The notes under the pieces: generated by a model | The model's database searches: none | What the model saw: only the letters and a program-made list of their open reading frames with translations | What the model was told of the DNA's origin: nothing | Source: Candidatus Omnitrophota bacterium | GTDB taxonomy: Bacteria > Omnitrophota > Omnitrophia > Omnitrophales > Aquincolibacteriaceae | DNA length: 64,000 nt | Assembly (NCBI GenBank): GCA_903856085.1 | Contig: CAIOAT010000047.1 | Span: 20,634-84,633 of the forward strand | Reading direction: 5' to 3' | Program-made: the position numbers and the translations under genes | Shown: in pieces, positions 60,201 through 64,000 of the stretch | How positions within the stretch are numbered: position 1 is the stretch's first letter | Layout: every line of letters starts with the position of its first letter

Positions 60201-63200
60201 CCAAGGCACGGCTACAGCGGCAACAACCGCTGCGGGAATGGCTGCTCTTGCCCATTTGTTCTCTGTCAGGAACCGCGATGTCTTCGTCAGCATTTGAGAC
60301 GCGCTGAATTTGAATTTTTTCCACCCGCGCTGGAACCGGCTTGCACCTTCGGACTCTGTTTTCTGGTAGTCAAGCCAGAACTTTCTCTGCGTCTGATAAT
60401 CCTTCTGATCACGTTCGAATTGACTGATCATTCCGTCATAGATCCGGTGCATTTCACGAAGGATCTTGGGATCAGAAACCTTGCCCATGGCTAATTGAAC
60501 CAATGCCACGGAGAAGGCCTGTTCGCGGTTCCGATCAAGGGACGCGGCATTGCGGGCGGTAAGCGCCGTGCGGAAGTCGGCCACGGACAACGCTCTGGCG
60601 TCAAAGACCGTTTCCTCCTGGAAATTCCCGAACTTGGCGAGGTAATCAAGCGCCGTGGAATCGATCTCAGCGGCGTTGTAAAAACCAAGATCAATCATCT
60701 GCCGAACGAAGAACAGGGCTTCTTTTGAAGCATCGCCCGCTTCACCTTGAGGGACTAATCCGAGCAATTTCTGCAGCATGCTGTTGAGTTGCCCCCCTTG
60801 CGGTTCCCCGAGACGCTTGGCAAGCGCTGACACGAGCGCGAGGATCTTCTCGCCCTGCGAATTGAGGTTACCTTGAGCGTCGAATCCTCCGTTGGCTTCA
60901 ATGAGCTCCCGATGGGCGGCTGCTAATGCTTCCGCTGCCGCGGTTTCCGCCGTTACGTCAAGCGTCTGGGCCGCCCTTTCCATTCCCTCCCGGGTCTGGA
61001 TCGCTGCCTGCATTCCTGCAGAGGCACGAGGCGCAGTCTGGGTCGCCTTCATATCATGGGGACCAACCACCTGACCCGCAACTTCCACAAACCGGACAAT
61101 GTCGCCCTGTGAACCGACGCCTTCGTCATGTTTGTGCTGACGTTCAAATTCCTGGGCCTTCGCAAGAAGCTCCTGATAGGTTTTTTGATCCTGTATCCGA
61201 GCCTCAAGTTCCTTGAGGCGGTTACCTTGCTCTTCGCTAGGTGTCGCAAGCCCCTTCAGTTGCCCGAGCTCGGTCATTTCCGCGGCTGTCAGCTGATCGA
61301 ACCACACGGGATCGATATCTTTTAAGCCCTGGAGGCGACGGAACTCGGTTGTTTCTTCGGCCGTCATTTTCGCACCGGCAAGTTTCAGCACGATCTCAGC
61401 ATTCGCGGTGAGGGCCCGTTCCGCCACCAGCAGTTTGTTTTCCGGGGAGACAACGGACGAGTCACTCACTTCCGTCCACAGCTCACGAGCCTCATCCAGC
61501 ATCCGGTTGAGCCTCATTTGAAGCACATCCACGGCCTCCGACTCTTTCTTCGGCCGTTCCCAGCTATCGTTTTTACTGAGAGAATTCTGGATCTCCATCA
61601 GTTTTTGAGCGAAAAATCCCTGCTCCTCTGGGGTCTTGGAATTCTGGATAAGCTGACGGAAGAAATTTTCGGCTTCGGCTTCCAACGCTTCCATCATGCT
61701 GTTAAAGGTGGCCCGCTCGCCCTCAGGATCGTTTTCCGCATTCATCCAGGTCCAAAAAGCCTGGATCCGCTCGGCATCGGTCTTGGCCTCTTCGATCTTC
61801 CCTCCGAATCTTTTTCCGACCGCCACAATGTAAGGCGAAGGCACTTTAAAATCCTGGAGAGAAAAGACCTGATCCAGCTTGGTGCCAAAATAGATCTTCA
61901 TCCTGTCGTTCAGGTTCTGGTTCTGGGCCGCCAATTTTTCATTGGAGAAGCGCTCATGATTGCCGAGGTAATTGAACTGCCAGACGTAGGGGGCTTCACG
62001 CGAAGGCACATCGCCTTTTCTATACACGGACTCGCCGGTAGCCGTATTGATCTCCCAGTAACCCACGGCTTGCCCCTTCACGAGGTCACGGACGACCGCG
62101 ATCAGAGCTCCGTCGCCCATTCCGACAAACTGCCCTTTATTATCCTTCAGGAATTCTGTCGCGGTTCCCGCTTCAGCCTTATGAATAATGCCTTTTTCGT
62201 CCGTATAAGTGAGCGCGTCATGACTATAGGCATAATGAGCAAACTCGTCCAGTTTGGCTGCGACACCGCGGAGACGTCCCAACAACTGGTCCAGCATTTC
62301 CATGTCCACGCCTTCACCGACAAGCATTGCCGGCACCGTCGTGTTATCCATCATCATGCTGAACCCAACCGTTCTTTGCGTAAACAGAACCCGGCGCTTC
62401 GTACTGAGCTCCGTTCCGGCCAACTGCTGTCCTAACCTCTCCGCGAACCATTGGTTTTTAAGTTCTTTATACTCCGTCGCGTCTCCTTGTTCACTTATGA
62501 GCACCGGCACTTCATAGCCCGACCCATCCGCCTTCAGGCGGTAAACCTTGAAGCCGCCTTCTTCGTCGATAACCACCTCTTCAATCTTGTGAGCCAGAGC
62601 CTCCCGCAAAACCTCCCCGATAGCATTGGTCACATGGTCTTGTGTCACCGCACTAAAAATAGCAAGATTCTTTGGTTGACCGTCCGCCTCCATGGATTTC
62701 ATATATTTTTCGAAGACATTTCCGATAGCCTTCCGGATGTCGCCCGCCCCCGAGATCTGATAACCATGCAACCGGGCTTCGGCATTAAGCGCCATATACC
62801 GCTGTGCCGCGCGAACCGTAGCGGAAACGACCCCGAAAATAGCCCGGAACGACTGCCCGAATTTTTGCACCGTCGCGGACGTAAAAATGGCATTACCGCC
62901 AAGCCGGCGGATACTGTCGACTATGATGCTCAGTTGGGTTTGAAGTCCAAACCCCGATACTTCCACATTCCGCTGCGGGTTCGCCTCAGCGCCCTCCAGA
63001 GGCTTGAAGATCATTTCAAGCGCAACGGAATAGGATGCGGAATGGAAAGTCATCCTGGGTTCGGCCTTGTTCTGGGAAAAGGGTGCTACTTTATAGATCC
63101 ATTTCTTATTCCCCTGTTTATCCTGCGTCTCGTACCAAACCACCGTAACGCCTTGCCCGCCCTCAGCCCGCTGGCTCTGCATCAAAGCCATCGCCCACTG

Positions 63201-64000
63201 ATTCGCTGCATCACGGACATCCCGATGCGCAATATCTTGAGACTCGTTGAACTTCTGCCATGTCTCTTCGGGGGTTTTACCCTTGAATTTTCCACCGCCC
63301 ACCTCTTCGGCGATGAAGGCCTGGAAAGCGTCGGTGAACATAAAACGCTTGTTCGGAAATTCCTTAACCACTTCACGCATTTTGAGGTTCAAAACATTGG
63401 CGATCGCTTTAGCGGTCAGAACCCTCTTCTCCAGCTCCGAGTATTCTTTGGTTAAATTAACAAGCTCATCGAGTCTGGACTTCTGTTCTTTGGACAGGCT
63501 GGGCAATGCCTCGAGAGTTGCTTTTTCGGTCTCATGCTGCGTTTTTTGTTCGGTCAGCCATTTGAAGCGATCCACTTCGCTGGGAGTCTTGGCGCCCGGA
63601 CGGTCCTTGAGGACCAGCTTACTTAATTCTTTCCAAGCCTGGGTAGCGCTCATCGAAAAAGCTTTGTCTGTCTTCGGATCCGTCCACTCGATCGGAATGC
63701 CCTCTTTATCAAGCCATTTCAGGAGCAAAGTCCGTATCAGCGCGCCGTTTCTGGCTTCCGTGACAGTCGCTCCCCGGGTCCCGCCACCTTCGCGGAAATG
63801 CTTATTAAAGAGCAACTGCGATTCATCAAAAAGCGCGAGTGAGCGACCGAAAATTTCCTGGAAAGCCGTCTGGACCTCGGGAGATTTGATCGTCCCTAAC
63901 GTAAGGAAACCCAGTGAGCTGAAGGTGATATCGACGATCTTAGCGTTCGTGATCCGGCTCAGTATATCCGTTACGACAGCCGCATCCCCGCTTTGCAGTT
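54243..64000 (-). CDS. Giant multi-domain membrane protein, 5-prime partial (at least 3250 codons; the ORF is still open at the window end). It has a long N-terminal region of unknown function, 2+3 predicted TM helices, a C-terminal region containing a GNAT acetyltransferase fold and three HExxH motifs, and a C-terminal alpha/beta domain.
   Basis: An uninterrupted 9.75 kb reading frame on the minus strand. The track start at 63815 is a TTG, and hand translation shows no in-frame stop from 63816 to 64000. Motif positions are given in the findings. Confidence 0.85.
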   Translation of the reverse strand, partial: LQSGDAAVVTDILSRITNAKIVDITFSSLGFLTLGTIKSPEVQTAFQEIFGRSLALFDESQLLFNKHFREGGGTRGATVTEARNGALIRTLLLKWLDKEGIPIEWTDPKTDKAFSMSATQAWKELSKLVLKDRPGAKTPSEVDRFKWLTEQKTQHETEKATLEALPSLSKEQKSRLDELVNLTKEYSELEKRVLTAKAIANVLNLKMREVVKEFPNKRFMFTDAFQAFIAEEVGGGKFKGKTPEETWQKFNESQDIAHRDVRDAANQWAMALMQSQRAEGGQGVTVVWYETQDKQGNKKWIYKVAPFSQNKAEPRMTFHSASYSVALEMIFKPLEGAEANPQRNVEVSGFGLQTQLSIIVDSIRRLGGNAIFTSATVQKFGQSFRAIFGVVSATVRAAQRYMALNAEARLHGYQISGAGDIRKAIGNVFEKYMKSMEADGQPKNLAIFSAVTQDHVTNAIGEVLREALAHKIEEVVIDEEGGFKVYRLKADGSGYEVPVLISEQGDATEYKELKNQWFAERLGQQLAGTELSTKRRVLFTQRTVGFSMMMDNTTVPAMLVGEGVDMEMLDQLLGRLRGVAAKLDEFAHYAYSHDALTYTDEKGIIHKAEAGTATEFLKDNKGQFVGMGDGALIAVVRDLVKGQAVGYWEINTATGESVYRKGDVPSREAPYVWQFNYLGNHERFSNEKLAAQNQNLNDRMKIYFGTKLDQVFSLQDFKVPSPYIVAVGKRFGGKIEEAKTDAERIQAFWTWMNAENDPEGERATFNSMMEALEAEAENFFRQLIQNSKTPEEQGFFAQKLMEIQNSLSKNDSWERPKKESEAVDVLQMRLNRMLDEARELWTEVSDSSVVSPENKLLVAERALTANAEIVLKLAGAKMTAEETTEFRRLQGLKDIDPVWFDQLTAAEMTELGQLKGLATPSEEQGNRLKELEARIQDQKTYQELLAKAQEFERQHKHDEGVGSQGDIVRFVEVAGQVVGPHDMKATQTAPRASAGMQAAIQTREGMERAAQTLDVTAETAAAEALAAAHRELIEANGGFDAQGNLNSQGEKILALVSALAKRLGEPQGGQLNSMLQKLLGLVPQGEAGDASKEALFFVRQMIDLGFYNAAEIDSTALDYLAKFGNFQEETVFDARALSVADFRTALTARNAASLDRNREQAFSVALVQLAMGKVSDPKILREMHRIYDGMISQFERDQKDYQTQRKFWLDYQKTESEGASRFQRGWKKFKFSASQMLTKTSRFLTENKWARAAIPAAVVAAVAVPWAGLIFGVALLPLLLGSAVAVTLGTVLGVSLMDAFQFGKARYDSLGDVRKVAIKLVGDKQAFGDEAAYEAAIWKTMFAFLNLAHVIHWDHQSAYRNADELQEYAAKNPKVLKLSLTELDQLIKQKRDFVDARLGSKTGVDDVLASMRQSLIEKALKDQAARKAEGQPVDEAADDAKLKAEIAALENLRPVIANLQSNQGRYALAAELTMGQKWSWKIATMIGNYGLLTSGSIGLGLVAATLAVAVTLGPTLLVSVLAAPLLPAALVFMSGWASGLAMGVALSTWLIKRDNKFRTEKGEFGNLMMISRAFGRVVGGFFSTEFRRQMVLSDIMKAIREQKVPVNSWTALMLAYVAIQNAPKAELMQRIKAGEKLVPEIELNSVVRQVEQESNEAKKELEQIGKQTNLTIFQLLEIRTLFEQLSAIEDKNSAAAQEIQGKLQKAVEPLQIAGVSTEDVVKFGRAYTEIEKARTIMDSKLREEMQGRLDAIAPGLSDLLLSINRENRDRRKGQDFLRSDILHFARNKDRAVTLVGEPPLELSEDVLNARLGIIDQINDQIVNGLNSPENSPENLKAREELAKILNVKMPAGSAITPEMLIGIKVVTASPSENLDVPIPELAFRKGDAEFISFAKSLAERDGKMWESLSVREQEVYYRRAYMIQENISDHPTLSVVMPYKIEKQLRAAGWMPVTNPGWFGSNTQSVGTFKGTIFEKLPVILLSEQYYQPSWLHETIHFNDPRGLEGSDFRDTDQNLLEELLTFYAQQHGRVYDPDEAHIYDRREIVEKLRLYTDPKNPSGYVVGWREKAARAMRERVQQALDSLFRLEDILKEQDQPGTEFAAALQAHNITVSGIVARIRRNATSLDDLIAFHQFRSVDDLMRVVMDGLGGYFIPRNFTSQQTAELINNLIAEGRVDWAQALLRRDAANRLYAAMDLERMRLRSPAGHADQSLTVLTNPSRAEFERYAFEVRTSLKGNYADAVRNGLALNGRNIRSWDELVFCGTSDCISEMTAVYFRMGQPGIRRTLAPVSRDEVMRDQSRRKYLSDRFSIRFLTPEGELLDPEMIKNLDPRNANALLALVIETLENNPAISGTGRPSAWRLLRPLLDPYLSEAAKNDLDALAAAGNWADYESTLMLSLKVALTSVFGSDAAAQKLRGLRGMISILEHREKDQMLQKLNSTDANVKREAVKWILENLDDSLDHLISRYGLNEETLMHASFQPKANGVGGNIILDPQHLPAGFFMEDGESGASEPFGKPQQYLRYTFMLNNYEKHTAIHEEGHDLDNLHAFDYDGRIYGFRDKQDFMFKKASLIGAELHSFLREIFASPEWIAMQKMTDLQAQEAERKHLIASHISMIATQFLPGYLEKVARNLTDTSYAGFSLSADEAKMVKEQLAMFAMDILGRMGADPMLAAGSDAQKFSAQFLAKFRGELVKNETLNMKETGLPGSFRALNSASGDRIRQAIAVSDETGKQNELTDFSAESFAKILQADAASGFSMVYEVNGKVQGYLLAAPIQGDMAYIYNVGVAQAAQGSGLGTAMIYGLAKNLSERGFSSVPIALSVEPKNTKAIKLYERLGFSKAGERKGEDGREYIDYIAPASVVMQKSVEKMNSPRAELRDEPEVLRSVEAPRSEAKRVSASEVAPAELNSADKVARAAYDMAKNYKGNHWAGANWKMATTPEERELIQGHVGYFRNGGVVLNGDKLADYTKALASETLSKLELANLERRVQFTLAWGMVHENSHALPENQRLGDLEQEFLAYEDTAAFMGSLLANHPEIATEDPEFAASIRSQIDLIKALVSMARNKSETLQPFDAKMVEIAQQIIVNGSVEKMKTLDAMAARTNPYVFVVGDKNFEDVPGVRVIAPDKIGAEIPEIVAKLKLRGVSPEHVIFLGNALSLDQVREAVQSKGYKGTFVYPPEWAETPEGRQSLAAATNAIATIGIDLVIDHAGIKNPKVGNDYAVAAFFANQFMKALLGEVAAQKSVATAA

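Noticed and set aside
61518-63455. Two long plus-strand ORFs (61518-62435, 305 aa; 62451-63455, 334 aa), plus others at 57375-57950, 58035-58568 and 58650-59300, lying inside the giant minus-strand gene.
   Set aside because: They are antisense shadows of a 9.7 kb coding frame. Their translations are low-complexity and Arg/Leu/His-rich with no motifs, they have no RBS, and they would require fully overlapping genes.

Overview
The window is a 64 kb bacterial chromosomal segment of about 50% GC by eye. Taxonomy cannot be fixed from sequence alone; the gene content and the giant ORF would fit an uncultivated lineage such as PVC or Omnitrophota-like, but that is only a guess.

Every confident gene from 1 to 53468 lies on the + strand, tightly packed and often with overlapping stop and start codons. 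In order:
- a glycosyltransferase pair, UDG family 4 and priA
- a lipoprotein, ppnP, def and fmt
- a gap-pgk-tpiA-secG glycolytic operon behind a near-consensus sigma70 promoter and a structured leader
- recG, rsmD and coaD
- the conserved yceD-rpmF-plsX-fabH-fabD-fabG-acpP-fabF lipid cluster
- smc with pgsA and plsY
- recA-recX-alaS running straight into a his operon (hisD, B, H, A, F, I) that is fused to trpE-G-D-C-F. The his operon carries two inserted genes, a small membrane protein and an M15 peptidase.
- a PAS histidine kinase with an NtrC-type sigma54 activator, then dnaK
- a MoxR / DUF58 / BatA / BatB (Bat-like) operon
- a GatB/YqeY protein

The only minus-strand gene is the strongest candidate for something undescribed. 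It is a giant ORF of at least 3250 codons (54243 to beyond 64000, 5-prime end outside the window). It encodes a membrane-anchored mosaic protein with five predicted TM helices, an embedded GNAT acetyltransferase fold and three HExxH motifs, one with metzincin-like third-His spacing. Most of its length resembles nothing I can name.

Other observations:
- a 51-nt imperfect tandem repeat encoding a Gln/Asp/Lys/Pro-rich array inside BatB
- a 770 bp convergent non-coding region rich in inverted repeats
- a candidate sigma54 promoter upstream of dnaK
- a palindromic, operator-like site inside the trp cluster

No CRISPR array, rRNA, tRNA or mobile element was seen.
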